Of a stretch of DNA of 64,000 nucleotides, positions 29,609 through 39,728 are shown piece after piece; the first letter of the stretch is position 1; each line of letters begins with the position of its first letter. Made by a program: the position numbers and the translations under genes. Origin of the DNA: a bacterium (lineage in GTDB: Bacteria; Bacillota_I; Bacilli_A; RFN20; CAG-826); contig CAVJPS010000012.1 of NCBI GenBank assembly GCA_963651465.1, positions 66,179-130,178 of the forward strand, given 5' to 3'. Below the pieces are notes generated by a model. It saw only the letters and a list, made by a program, of their open reading frames with translations. It was not told the origin of the DNA and searched no databases.

Positions 29609-29707
29609 TTTATTAATACTTTATATATAGATATGAATAAAATATATTTTTTTAATATACTTTAATGTTATACTAAATATAATCTAAAAAATTGTGAGGA
29701 GAAAATT

Positions 29708-30550
29708 ATGAGAGCTTTTTTAGAAAAATGGTTTCAGTCTGGTGAGATAAAACCATGGGCAGAAATTAAGTGCTTTAACGTTTATCATTTCTTGTATTTA
29801 ATTTTAATCGTTGGCCTTATTTTCTTTGGATTATTCTTTTTTAAGAATAAGAGTGATAAAACTAAGAAAATTGTCTTAGATGTATTAGTTTATTGTTTCT
29901 TAATAAGTTACATCTTAGATATCTTATTTATTACTCCAATTATAAGTGGTATTGAAAATAATGTTGATTTGGATAAACTTCCATTCCATTTCTGTACATT
30001 TGTAAGTATCCTAGTACCTTTTGTACATTTCAATAAGAAGTTTGGCTTTGCTAAACAAGCAGTTGTTGCAATGGCAATTACTTCATCAATGATGTATATG
30101 ACTTATCCAGGTTCAGCATTAGGCGGCCTTAACTTTTATAGTTATAAAGTTAGACAAACATTCTTCTTTCATGGATGTTTAATGGCTTGGGGTTGCTTAA
30201 CTATTGGTTATGGATATGAAAAACTTACATTTAAGAAATATTGGCAACCTATTTGTCTATTAGTAATTAATATCTTATGGGCATATTTAGGTAACATTAT
30301 TTATAATGTTGGAGGAATTTATAATTACAATCCTGGTAGTGGAATACACCACTATGACTGGGCATTTATTACAGGTTCATTTATTCCTGCTTTAGGAAAA
30401 GTTGGAATGCCATTTGGTGTTCTTGGTGCCGTAGGTGGTACTTGTGCTTTATTATATTTAACAGTTTTTATTGTTGAATTAGTTCAAAAGAAAATTGCTG
30501 CAAAAAAAGCAGTAGTTATTGAAGAACCTGTAACAACAGAACAAGAATAA
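29708..30550 (+). CDS. Polytopic integral membrane protein, YwaF/TMEM164-like.
   Basis: 7-8 hydrophobic helices and a conserved LPFHFC motif. RBS GAGGAG. Confidence 0.45.
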   Translation: MRAFLEKWFQSGEIKPWAEIKCFNVYHFLYLILIVGLIFFGLFFFKNKSDKTKKIVLDVLVYCFLISYILDILFITPIISGIENNVDLDKLPFHFCTFVSILVPFVHFNKKFGFAKQAVVAMAITSSMMYMTYPGSALGGLNFYSYKVRQTFFFHGCLMAWGCLTIGYGYEKLTFKKYWQPICLLVINILWAYLGNIIYNVGGIYNYNPGSGIHHYDWAFITGSFIPALGKVGMPFGVLGAVGGTCALLYLTVFIVELVQKKIAAKKAVVIEEPVTTEQE

Positions 30551-30583
30551 TTATTTTATATTTTATAGGAGGCGTTTTGAAAT

Positions 30584-31390
30584 ATGAAAATAGTTAGTTT
30601 ACAAGATGTCTCATGTTATGGACAATGTTCATTAACAGTTGCATTACCAATTTTATCAAGTTACGGCATTGAGACAGCTATATTACCATCTGCTATTTTA
30701 AGTACACATACTGGTGGATTTAAAAATTTTACAGTTCATGATTTAAGTGATGAATTACCTAAAATCATTAGTCATTGGAAACAAGAAAATATTAAATTTG
30801 ATGGTATTTATACTGGCTATATTGGAAATAAAGAACAATTTGATTATGTACTAGATTTACAAAAAAACTTATTAAACAAAAACGGTTTATTATTTGTAGA
30901 TCCTGCAATGGCTGACCATGGCTCTATGTATTATGGACTAGGAGAAGACATTGTTAAAGGAATGAGAAAAATTTGTTCATTTGCAGATTACATATTTCCA
31001 AATATTACTGAGGCATGTTTTTTAACTAATAATGAATATAAAGAAGAATATGACGAAAACTATATTCATAACTTATTAAATGATTTATACAAATTAGGTG
31101 CAAAGAATGTTATCTTAACTGGTGTTTCTCTAGAAAAAGATAAACTTGGTGCTATTTGGTTTAATGGTACAACAACACACTCATATTATGGACAATGGAT
31201 TAGTAAATCTTATCACGGTACTGGAGATATTTTCTCAAGTGTATTAATAGCAAGTATTTTGAATGGTAAATCTGAAAATGATTCATTAAAAGAAGCTGTT
31301 GATTTTGTTATTAATTCTATTAATGAAACGTTAGATGATAATACCCATAATTATGGTGTTAAATTTGAACGTGTTCTTGCTAAAAAGTAA
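30584..31390 (+). CDS. pdxK: Pyridoxal/pyridoxamine kinase (ribokinase superfamily).
   Basis: N-terminus IVSLQDVSCYGQCSLTVALPILS and the C-terminal anion-hole motif HGTGDIFSS. RBS AGGAGG. Confidence 0.7.
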   Translation: MKIVSLQDVSCYGQCSLTVALPILSSYGIETAILPSAILSTHTGGFKNFTVHDLSDELPKIISHWKQENIKFDGIYTGYIGNKEQFDYVLDLQKNLLNKNGLLFVDPAMADHGSMYYGLGEDIVKGMRKICSFADYIFPNITEACFLTNNEYKEEYDENYIHNLLNDLYKLGAKNVILTGVSLEKDKLGAIWFNGTTTHSYYGQWISKSYHGTGDIFSSVLIASILNGKSENDSLKEAVDFVINSINETLDDNTHNYGVKFERVLAKK

Positions 31391-31398
31391 AATTAAAC

Positions 31399-31432
31399 GA
31401 GAAGTTTTAAATCAAAACTTCCCGTTTTTATT
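31399..31432. terminator. Bidirectional terminator.
   Basis: Hairpin gaagtttt-aaatc-aaaacttc followed by a T-run. Confidence 0.5.
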
Positions 31433-31434
31433 TT

Positions 31435-32478
31435 CTAAGCTTCTTTTTCTTTACGTTGTTTACATTCATTAATGACTACATCAATTTCATCATTAGATTC
31501 ACGTAATGCTGATTCAAGAATTTCTTTATTTGCTTCTTCTGGATTTGTTAAGTATTGTTGAATATTATATTCTTCATATAAGTATTTACGAGTTAAGATA
31601 CCTATTCGTAATGTTAGTAAAGCATTAGCACTACCTTGAGCAATTCCGGCTGTAATTTCACCTAGAGCAGGAATAGACGATAATAGACCTTTGGTAAGTT
31701 TATTAATACCACCGACAACAATATCTTCTAAATGTAATGATTGAATTGTATATGCAATTAATGCATTACGTAATACTTTCCACATAAGTTTTCCAAGTTG
31801 AGCGTATGAAGGATGATAACCACAACGAACAACTATTTGCATAATCATACGGATATTAACAAGAATAACTGTTAAACTATCGAACTTACTATTTTGAGAA
31901 ATAGCAGTAGCTAATAAGACTTCAGTAGATTTAATACTAATTAAACGATTAATGTCTTTTAAGATTTCAGTATCGTAAACTTTCTTTAATGCTTCATTTA
32001 ATTCTTTATGACTATGCATTGCTTTACGAATAGCTTCTTTAGATTCTTCTGAGACATTTTTATTAGTTTTAATAATATTAAGAGCTACTCTTTTTAATTT
32101 ACGGTAATTAGTACGAGAGACACGATGTTTTGATTTTTCACTATTAACATCTAATGTAAAACAAGGAGTTGCTAATGCAACAAATATTGGTCTAATTACT
32201 AGTAATAATATTAAGACAATTACGAGAGCAAGAACTCCAAATGCAATGTAATACCAATAAATTGAAGAAGGTACTTCAGGATCATATTTACTATAAAAGA
32301 AATCAAAGATATCAATAACAGCACCAACAACTAAAATAATTAATATAATTGATGCAATAATACCAATTAATTTCCATAAACGATGGGAAGCTTTATTAAT
32401 TTGTTTAACTTCTTCATCACCATTTTCTTTTTTAACAACCATTTGATTTTTTTCATCTTTTTTCTTTTTAAATAACAT
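31435..32478 (-). CDS. Hypothetical membrane protein: 2 TM helices plus a C-terminal helical cytoplasmic domain.
   Basis: ORF with 2 long hydrophobic helices after a Lys/Glu-rich N-terminus. No catalytic motif recognised. Confidence 0.45.
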   Translation of the reverse strand: MLFKKKKDEKNQMVVKKENGDEEVKQINKASHRLWKLIGIIASIILIILVVGAVIDIFDFFYSKYDPEVPSSIYWYYIAFGVLALVIVLILLLVIRPIFVALATPCFTLDVNSEKSKHRVSRTNYRKLKRVALNIIKTNKNVSEESKEAIRKAMHSHKELNEALKKVYDTEILKDINRLISIKSTEVLLATAISQNSKFDSLTVILVNIRMIMQIVVRCGYHPSYAQLGKLMWKVLRNALIAYTIQSLHLEDIVVGGINKLTKGLLSSIPALGEITAGIAQGSANALLTLRIGILTRKYLYEEYNIQQYLTNPEEANKEILESALRESNDEIDVVINECKQRKEKEA

Positions 32479-32660
32479 AATATCACCTACTCAGTTCTAT
32501 AGTACGATTATAATATAATTTATAAATAAAAGAAACAAACACAATGTATAGAAACTTTATTAATCAATTATATTTGTAAATATTTTATAAATGTTTCTTT
32601 ATTAAATTTGTTTATTTTAAAAAAAATCTAACTATAATTATAAATAGAGGAAAAAAGAAT

Positions 32661-33854
32661 ATGTGGGTAAAAAAAAGACATAAATTTTTTACTGGATTAT
32701 TGAGACCTTTTTTTAGGTTACATTTTCATCATAAATATAATTTAAAATCAACTTATCATAAAGAATTAAAAGGTCGTCAATTTCTTGTTATTGCAAATCA
32801 TTCAACCACAATGGATCCATTTCTTGTTGGAGGTCTTTTTCCTTTTCCGCTTTATTACCTTGCAAGTAGTGATTTATTTATAAAACCATTAGTTGGAGGA
32901 TTTATTAAACATTTAGTTAATCCAATTCCAATTAATAAATCAAGACAAGATATGAAACCTATTTTGAATGCAATACAAGTTGCACGTGAAGGTGGTTCAA
33001 TATGTGTATTTCCCGAAGGTAATAGAACTTATAGTGGAAAGCTTGGACATATGGATAAATCAATAACTAAGTTTATAAAATTTTTAAAATTAGATGTTGC
33101 TATTGTTAATATTGTTGGAGGATACGGAACTGATCCTAGATGGTCTTATGATGGTAATATACGAAAAGGGCAAATGTCCATTGATATAAAAAAAATAGTT
33201 AAATATGATGAAGTAAAAAATATAGATAATGAAGATTTATTTAAAATGATTAGAGATGAACTATCGTGTGATCCTATACCTTCAACTAATCATTACAGAA
33301 GTAAACGTTGTGCTGAAGGATTAGAAAGAATTTTATATAAATGTCCTAATTGTTTAAAATGGGAATCCATATTTACAAAAGGTCAACATGTTTATTGTAA
33401 ATATTGTGATTTAGATGTTACTTATAACGATAATCTAACTTTTACATCCAATGGTGAATTATATAAACTAAATACAGTTTCCTCATGGTATGATTGGCAA
33501 TTAAATGAGTTAGATAAAACAAATTTAGAAAAAGATGAAACTATGTTTAGTGCAAAAGATGTTAATTTATTTACATGTCGAATTGGTAAAGGTCGTAAAA
33601 GAATTTTTAAAAAAGGTTATTTAGGTATATCTCAAGAAGAAATTGCTTTTAGAAACAAAAAAGATTCAATTGATATAAAAATAGATGACATTCAGGCGTT
33701 TACTTGTATGGGACGTAAAAAATTTAATTTTTATATCGATGATGTCATATATCAAGTAAAAGGAAAGAAAGACTTAGCTACTTTAAAATTTATGCATTAT
33801 TTCTATTTAGCAAAACACAAAGGAGGAAAAGATAATGAATTCTGGGGAATTTAG
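32661..33854 (+). CDS. PlsC-family acyltransferase with a C-terminal zinc-ribbon-containing extension.
   Basis: HX4D NHSTTMD, the PEG box FPEGNRTYSG, then CPNC...CKYCD in a roughly 180-aa C-terminal extension. Confidence 0.6.
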   Translation: MWVKKRHKFFTGLLRPFFRLHFHHKYNLKSTYHKELKGRQFLVIANHSTTMDPFLVGGLFPFPLYYLASSDLFIKPLVGGFIKHLVNPIPINKSRQDMKPILNAIQVAREGGSICVFPEGNRTYSGKLGHMDKSITKFIKFLKLDVAIVNIVGGYGTDPRWSYDGNIRKGQMSIDIKKIVKYDEVKNIDNEDLFKMIRDELSCDPIPSTNHYRSKRCAEGLERILYKCPNCLKWESIFTKGQHVYCKYCDLDVTYNDNLTFTSNGELYKLNTVSSWYDWQLNELDKTNLEKDETMFSAKDVNLFTCRIGKGRKRIFKKGYLGISQEEIAFRNKKDSIDIKIDDIQAFTCMGRKKFNFYIDDVIYQVKGKKDLATLKFMHYFYLAKHKGGKDNEFWGI

Positions 33855-35436
33855 AATGTTGACCGATAATGGTGGAGACTTATCTGGTCAATTATTATTT
33901 GCTAACAATGCTGCATGGCGTTTTATTGTAATGATGGGCGTATTGTGCTTAACATTACTAATAGCAAATATTTTACGTAAGAAAATTAAATTTATTAAAA
34001 ATAGTTTATTACCAGTTTCTGTTATTGCAGGTATTTTAATTATTGTCTTAAAAGCTATTCAATATATTCCAGGTTTAAATAACTACTTTGATAATTTTAT
34101 GAATTTGTTCTTTGAAAATACTGAAGAAATGAATTATATGGATTATATGAGTATTGTCACTTATCATTGTTTAGGATTAAGCTTTATTGCTATTGCTCTT
34201 AAGACAACTAATAAAAAAGAAAAAGATCGTAAGAAAGCATTAATTATTACAAAAACAGGTGCAATGGATGTTGCAACATATTTAATTCAAGCTATCGTCG
34301 GTCTTATAATTACTGGTCTAGTTGCTGTTATTGCAAAAGGTGATATTGTTGAAGCTGCGTCCGGTGTTTTATTACCAATGGGATATGGACAAGGCCCAGG
34401 TCAAGCATTAAACTTCGGTGCTCAATATGAATTCGCAAGTACTCAAAAAGGTGGTACATTTGATGGAACTAACTTTGGTTTATCAATTGCATCTATTGGA
34501 TTTATTGTTGCATGTTTGTTCGGTGTTGTTTATCTTAATATTTTAAAGCGTAAAGGTAAGATTCAAATAAAACAAAAAGCTGATGTGGATTTTTCAAAAT
34601 CATCTGATGTATTAGTAGAAGAACCTGACTCAGTTGCACTTAATGAATCAATTGATCGTTTAACTATTCAAATTATATTAATCTTATTTGTTTATTTAGT
34701 AACTTATGGATTTATTTATGGTACTACATATCTATGTAATAATTTCCTAGGTAATTTTGGTAATAATACTTTGACTCCTTTATTATGGGGATTTAACTTC
34801 TTATTTGGTACTATCTTTGCAATTGTACTAAAAGTTGCATTAAAAGGATTAAGAAAGAAAAACGTTATGACAAAAGTTTACCCAAATAACTTCTTATTAA
34901 ATCGTTTATCTGGTGTATTCTGTGACATTATGATTGTTAGTGCTATGGCTGCTATTGATTTAAAATCATTTGCTAATGTTTCATTTATTGTACCTCTTAC
35001 TCTTGTATGTGTTGTTGGTGCATTTGCGACATTCTACTATCTATTATGGATTAGTAAGAAAACATTTAAAGGATATGAATACGAAGGATTCTTCTCAATG
35101 TTTGGTATGTTAACTGGTACTGCTTCAACAGGTATGATTTTACTTCGTGAAGTAGATCCTAACTATGAAACTCCCGCTGCTAATAACTTAGTTATGCAAG
35201 CAGTTCCAGCAATTTTATTTGGTTTCCCATTATTACTTCTTGTTCCACTTGCGAAAAACTCATGGACAATGTGGTGGATTACTCTAGGAGCATCTGTTGT
35301 TATGTTTGTAGCATATAACTGCTTTATTATATTCTTTAAAGGTTTTAGAAAAAAAGATTATATTGAGGAAGAAAAAATTAGTGATGAAGTAGTTGAAGAA
35401 GAAATTGCAAATAATACAAATAATGAAATTCAATAA
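33835..35436 (+). CDS. Polytopic membrane transporter-like protein, possibly a Na+/glutamate-symporter (GltS)-like fold.
   Basis: At least 10 hydrophobic helices. The N-terminal arrangement resembles GltS. Strong RBS AAAGGAGG. Family assignment is tentative. Confidence 0.4.
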   Translation: MNSGEFRMLTDNGGDLSGQLLFANNAAWRFIVMMGVLCLTLLIANILRKKIKFIKNSLLPVSVIAGILIIVLKAIQYIPGLNNYFDNFMNLFFENTEEMNYMDYMSIVTYHCLGLSFIAIALKTTNKKEKDRKKALIITKTGAMDVATYLIQAIVGLIITGLVAVIAKGDIVEAASGVLLPMGYGQGPGQALNFGAQYEFASTQKGGTFDGTNFGLSIASIGFIVACLFGVVYLNILKRKGKIQIKQKADVDFSKSSDVLVEEPDSVALNESIDRLTIQIILILFVYLVTYGFIYGTTYLCNNFLGNFGNNTLTPLLWGFNFLFGTIFAIVLKVALKGLRKKNVMTKVYPNNFLLNRLSGVFCDIMIVSAMAAIDLKSFANVSFIVPLTLVCVVGAFATFYYLLWISKKTFKGYEYEGFFSMFGMLTGTASTGMILLREVDPNYETPAANNLVMQAVPAILFGFPLLLLVPLAKNSWTMWWITLGASVVMFVAYNCFIIFFKGFRKKDYIEEEKISDEVVEEEIANNTNNEIQ

Positions 35437-35576
35437 TTATAAAAATTAAAAGCTATGAAATATATGTGAATATTAGTTACATATTACTTTATAGTTATAT
35501 GGTTTACCTTCTTGGTAAACCTTTTTCTTTTCTTTGAAAATATAAGGTTATAAAATAAAGATAGAGGGAAAGAAAT

Positions 35577-36935
35577 ATGGAAAAAATGAAATCCACAAAA
35601 TTAGGTGGCAAAACCTGGACAGCTATTGTTATAATTGCTTTATTTGGACAAGTAGCATGGGCAATTGAAAACAATTTCTTTAATTTATTTATTCAAGATG
35701 TTTTTAATGCTTCATTTGTTCAAATTGCTATAATGGTTGCATCTAGTGCTATTGCTGCTACTTTAACAACATTATTAATAGGCGCTTTATCTGATAAAAT
35801 TGGTAAACGAAAATTGTTTATTTGTATCGGTTATATCTTGTGGGGTATTACAATTATTGTGTTTGCAATAATGCAAAAATGGGCCGATCATTTAGGAATG
35901 TTACTTGGTGTATCTAGTGCGACAGTAGGTGTAGCGTTAGTTATAATCTTTGATTGTATTATGACTTTCTTTGGAAGTTCAGCTAATGATGCATGCTTTA
36001 ATGCATGGTTAACAGATATTACTGATGAAACAAATAGAGGAAAAGCAGAAGGCGTTAATAGTGCAATGCCTTTACTTGCAATGCTTCTTGTATTTGGTGG
36101 AGCAATGCTAATTCCTAATAATACTGGATATACTCATAACTATAATGTAATATTCTTATCAATTGGTATTGCTGTTATAGTAATTGGCATAATATGCTTT
36201 TTCTTAATGAAAGATAGTCCTAAAGAAAAGACTAGTGATTCTTATTTTAAAAATATAATTTATGGATTTAGACCATCTGTTATTAAATCAAATAAGATTC
36301 TTTATTTAGTATTTGGCGGATTTGCAATATTTAGTATCGCTACACAAGTATATATGCCATATTATGTTATTTATCTAAGTAAAATAGTTGGTGAATCTTA
36401 TGTATTAATTATGGCCCCTGCAATTGTTGTTGCTGCTATAGTTACTGTTTTATATGGACGTGTTATTGATAAATACGGTTTTATTAAAGCATTTATTCCA
36501 TCTTTTATTAGTTTTATAGTTGGTCTTATTTTATTAACTGTATCTAATCATACAGCTATTATCTTTATTGGTTCCTTATTTATGCTTATTGGTTTTTTAA
36601 TTGGAAATGCTTGTTTTGGAACAATGATGAGAAATTATATGCCGAAAGAAAAAGTAGGTTCATTCCAAGGAATTAAAATTACAGTTCAAGTTTTAATTCC
36701 TATGTTAATTGGGCCATTTATTGGCGCAGCTGTATGTAGTGGTGAATCTTATGGATTCGGTATTGTTGCAGATGGTTATACTCCTTCACCATTTATTTAT
36801 TTAGTTGGAGCAGGAGTTGCACTATTATTAATACCTATTCTTGTTTATATTAATCATTTATTAAAGAAAGAAACTAATAATGATGAAACTAGTAAAATTA
36901 TTGAAAGTGAAGAGATAGATAATGAATCTAAATAA
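35577..36935 (+). CDS. MFS transporter of the glycoside-pentoside-hexuronide (GPH) type.
   Basis: 12 predicted TM helices with the LSDKIGKRK loop 2-3 motif typical of MFS/GPH. It is co-oriented with, and overlaps, the downstream GH2 gene. Confidence 0.65.
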   Translation: MEKMKSTKLGGKTWTAIVIIALFGQVAWAIENNFFNLFIQDVFNASFVQIAIMVASSAIAATLTTLLIGALSDKIGKRKLFICIGYILWGITIIVFAIMQKWADHLGMLLGVSSATVGVALVIIFDCIMTFFGSSANDACFNAWLTDITDETNRGKAEGVNSAMPLLAMLLVFGGAMLIPNNTGYTHNYNVIFLSIGIAVIVIGIICFFLMKDSPKEKTSDSYFKNIIYGFRPSVIKSNKILYLVFGGFAIFSIATQVYMPYYVIYLSKIVGESYVLIMAPAIVVAAIVTVLYGRVIDKYGFIKAFIPSFISFIVGLILLTVSNHTAIIFIGSLFMLIGFLIGNACFGTMMRNYMPKEKVGSFQGIKITVQVLIPMLIGPFIGAAVCSGESYGFGIVADGYTPSPFIYLVGAGVALLLIPILVYINHLLKKETNNDETSKIIESEEIDNESK

Positions 36936-38640
36936 ATTTGTAAATTTAAAAACAGAATACGCTGATACTTTTGATAAAACAAAACCTTTACCTGAATATC
37001 CTCGTCCTAATTTAAGAAGAGAAAGTTATTTAAATCTTAATGGTGAATGGGACTATGTTATATGTAAAGATAATGGATTAAAGCCAACTAAATATGAAGG
37101 TAAGATCGTTGTGCCATATCCTCTTGAAAGTGAATTATCTGGAGTAAAAAGAACATTAAAACGAAATGAAGTTTTATATTATCATTTATCTTTTAATATT
37201 GAAAAAGAATTTATTAAAGATATTGTATTTCTTAATATTGATGCTTGTGATCAATTAACAGAAGTATATTTTAATGACGTATTTGTGGGCTCTTCAAAAA
37301 ACGGATATTTGCCAATAAAATGTGACGTTACTCCTTTTATTCACAGTGGAAAAAATGAAATTGTAGTAAAAGTAAAAGATAATTTATCCCATCGCTATCC
37401 ATATGGAAAGCAACGTAAAAATAGAGGTGGTATGTGGTATACACCTTGTAGTGGTATTTGGAAAACAGTATGGATGGAGTCAGTACCAGAAGATTATATT
37501 AAAAATATTGAAATTACTCCTTTAGATGTAATTAATGGTGTTCATATTCATTTAGACACTGATGCAGCAGTTAAACGTATAATGGTTTTTAATAATAAAG
37601 AAATGTTAAAAAAATATGAAATAACTGAAAACGATATTGATATTACATTTGACCACCCAATGCTTTGGAGTGTTGACGCACCATTTTTATATGACTTGCA
37701 TATTGAAACTGAAAATGATGATGTCTATTCTTATTTTGCTTTAAGAAAAATTGAATTAATAAATGGTAAAATACACCTTAATGGGAAAGAAATATTTTGT
37801 AATGGAGTATTAGATCAAGGCTATTTTCCTGACGGACTTTTTACTCCTGCATCCTATAAAGCATATGCTTACGATATTTTACACATGAAAAACCTAGGCT
37901 TTAATACATTACGTAAACATATAAAAATTGAACCTTTATATTTTTATTATTTATGTGATTGCTATGGCATGTTAGTTTTCCAAGATATGGTTAATAATGG
38001 ACATTATTCGTTTATGCACGATACTGCATTACCAACTGTTTTTAAAGGATTAAAGATTAAAGATAATATTTTACATAAAAAAGATAATAAAGTTTTTACA
38101 AATAGTATGATTGAAACAGTTAATTATCTTAAATTTTTCCCATCTATTATTTTGTGGACAATCTACAATGAAGGCTGGGGACAATATAAAGCTGACGATA
38201 TGCATAAATTACTTATGTTATACGATAATACAAGGTTAATTGACGATACGTCCGGGTGGTTTTCACAAAAAGAAAATATGTTTAATAGTAAACATGTATA
38301 TTTTAAGAAAGTTTCATTTGATAACGAAAAAGACAACAAACCTATATTATTAAGTGAATTTGGTGGGTATTCTTATAGAATAAAAGATCATATTTTTAAT
38401 CCACATAATGAATATGGATATAAAAAATATAAAGATCAAAAAGAATTTGAACAGGGAATTATTGACTTATATGAAAATGAAATAATACCTAATAAAGATA
38501 AAATGGTTGGATGTATTTATACTCAATTAAGTGATGTAGAAGATGAAACCAATGGACTTGTAACTTATGATAGAAAAGTTATTAAAGTTGACATTAAACG
38601 TATTTCAGAATTAATGAAAAAACTAAATTCCAATGAATAA
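36922..38640 (+). CDS. Glycoside hydrolase family 2 protein (beta-galactosidase/beta-glucuronidase-like).
   Basis: N-terminal sugar-binding pattern YPRPNLRRESYLNLNGEWDY, a TIM-barrel region with catalytic acid/base WTIYNEGWG, and a second Glu in LLSEFGG. Confidence 0.65.
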   Translation: MNLNKFVNLKTEYADTFDKTKPLPEYPRPNLRRESYLNLNGEWDYVICKDNGLKPTKYEGKIVVPYPLESELSGVKRTLKRNEVLYYHLSFNIEKEFIKDIVFLNIDACDQLTEVYFNDVFVGSSKNGYLPIKCDVTPFIHSGKNEIVVKVKDNLSHRYPYGKQRKNRGGMWYTPCSGIWKTVWMESVPEDYIKNIEITPLDVINGVHIHLDTDAAVKRIMVFNNKEMLKKYEITENDIDITFDHPMLWSVDAPFLYDLHIETENDDVYSYFALRKIELINGKIHLNGKEIFCNGVLDQGYFPDGLFTPASYKAYAYDILHMKNLGFNTLRKHIKIEPLYFYYLCDCYGMLVFQDMVNNGHYSFMHDTALPTVFKGLKIKDNILHKKDNKVFTNSMIETVNYLKFFPSIILWTIYNEGWGQYKADDMHKLLMLYDNTRLIDDTSGWFSQKENMFNSKHVYFKKVSFDNEKDNKPILLSEFGGYSYRIKDHIFNPHNEYGYKKYKDQKEFEQGIIDLYENEIIPNKDKMVGCIYTQLSDVEDETNGLVTYDRKVIKVDIKRISELMKKLNSNE

Positions 38641-38644
38641 AAAA

Positions 38645-38692
38645 AGAAACAACAAGAGAATTAAAATTAATATTACTCTTGTTGTTTTTATA
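38645..38692 (+). terminator. Rho-independent terminator.
   Basis: 12-bp stem aacaacaagag / ctcttgttgtt followed by TTTTT. Confidence 0.6.
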
Positions 38693-38734
38693 TTTTATAA
38701 TAATTGATATAATATGACACAAAGAGGTGCTAAT

Positions 38735-39727
38735 ATGTATTCGCTAATTGGTTTTGATCAAAACATTTTATTTATATTATTATTTGGAGTTGTTCTTGTT
38801 GTAGTAATTCTATTACTTAATATGGTTATTAGTCCTGCTATGCAAGCTAATTACCTTGTTAATTATATGTTTAAAAGAACAGACGTAGAAGGTGCATATC
38901 AAGACGCAAGTGAACATTCATCCTGGAAGCAAAATATAGCTGTTATAAAGAAAGCTACTAAAGAAGTCGAAAAACTTGGATATCAAAAAGTTACAATTAC
39001 TTCATTTGATAATTTGAAATTAGTTGGTTATGTTTTAAGTAAGAAAACACATGCAAAAGGAACAATAATTTTAGTTCACTCCTGTCGTTCATATGCATTA
39101 CGCGAGTTTGCATGTTTAGCATTAGAATATTATAAAGAAAATTATAATGTTTTAATTATTGACGGTCGTGCTCACAATCAAAGTGAAGGCGATTTTATGA
39201 CTTATGGCGTTTATGAACATAAAGATTTATTAATGTGGATTGATTTTATAGATAATTATTTTGAAAAACAATATAACATTTATTTGCACGGAAGTGATAT
39301 GGGAGCAATCGTAGTTTCAATGGTTGCTGATAAAGTTGATCCTTCAAAAGTAAAAGGATTAATACTTGAATCTCCATTTACTAATGGTAGATCGTTATTT
39401 TCTAAATTCGTTTTCCAAAATGGTAAGTTTAAAAATATTGCTCAAGTCTTAAAATTCACTTATCGTAAAGCTAAAAGAAAATATGGTATTAATTTAGATG
39501 ATATTAATCCTGAAGACTGTCTTATAAATACAAGTATTCCGTCATTGTTTATAATTGGTTCTGCTGACCAATACGGAAATAATGATTGTGATGCTCTATA
39601 CCAAGAATGTTCTTCCGAATACAAAAAAATGCTTGTAATTAATGGTGCCACACACGGCGAATCTTATTATCGTGATAACAAAAAATATATGGAATATGTT
39701 AATGAATTATTGAAAGAAGGTAATTAA
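38735..39727 (+). CDS. Alpha/beta-hydrolase-fold protein with an N-terminal TM anchor.
   Basis: TM helix ILFILLFGVVLVVVILLL, nucleophile-elbow-like LHGSDMGA, and a C-terminal GATHGESY. RBS AAGAGGTG lies before the ATG at 38735; the ORF track start is 38714. Confidence 0.5.
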   Translation: MYSLIGFDQNILFILLFGVVLVVVILLLNMVISPAMQANYLVNYMFKRTDVEGAYQDASEHSSWKQNIAVIKKATKEVEKLGYQKVTITSFDNLKLVGYVLSKKTHAKGTIILVHSCRSYALREFACLALEYYKENYNVLIIDGRAHNQSEGDFMTYGVYEHKDLLMWIDFIDNYFEKQYNIYLHGSDMGAIVVSMVADKVDPSKVKGLILESPFTNGRSLFSKFVFQNGKFKNIAQVLKFTYRKAKRKYGINLDDINPEDCLINTSIPSLFIIGSADQYGNNDCDALYQECSSEYKKMLVINGATHGESYYRDNKKYMEYVNELLKEGN

Positions 39728-39728
39728 A

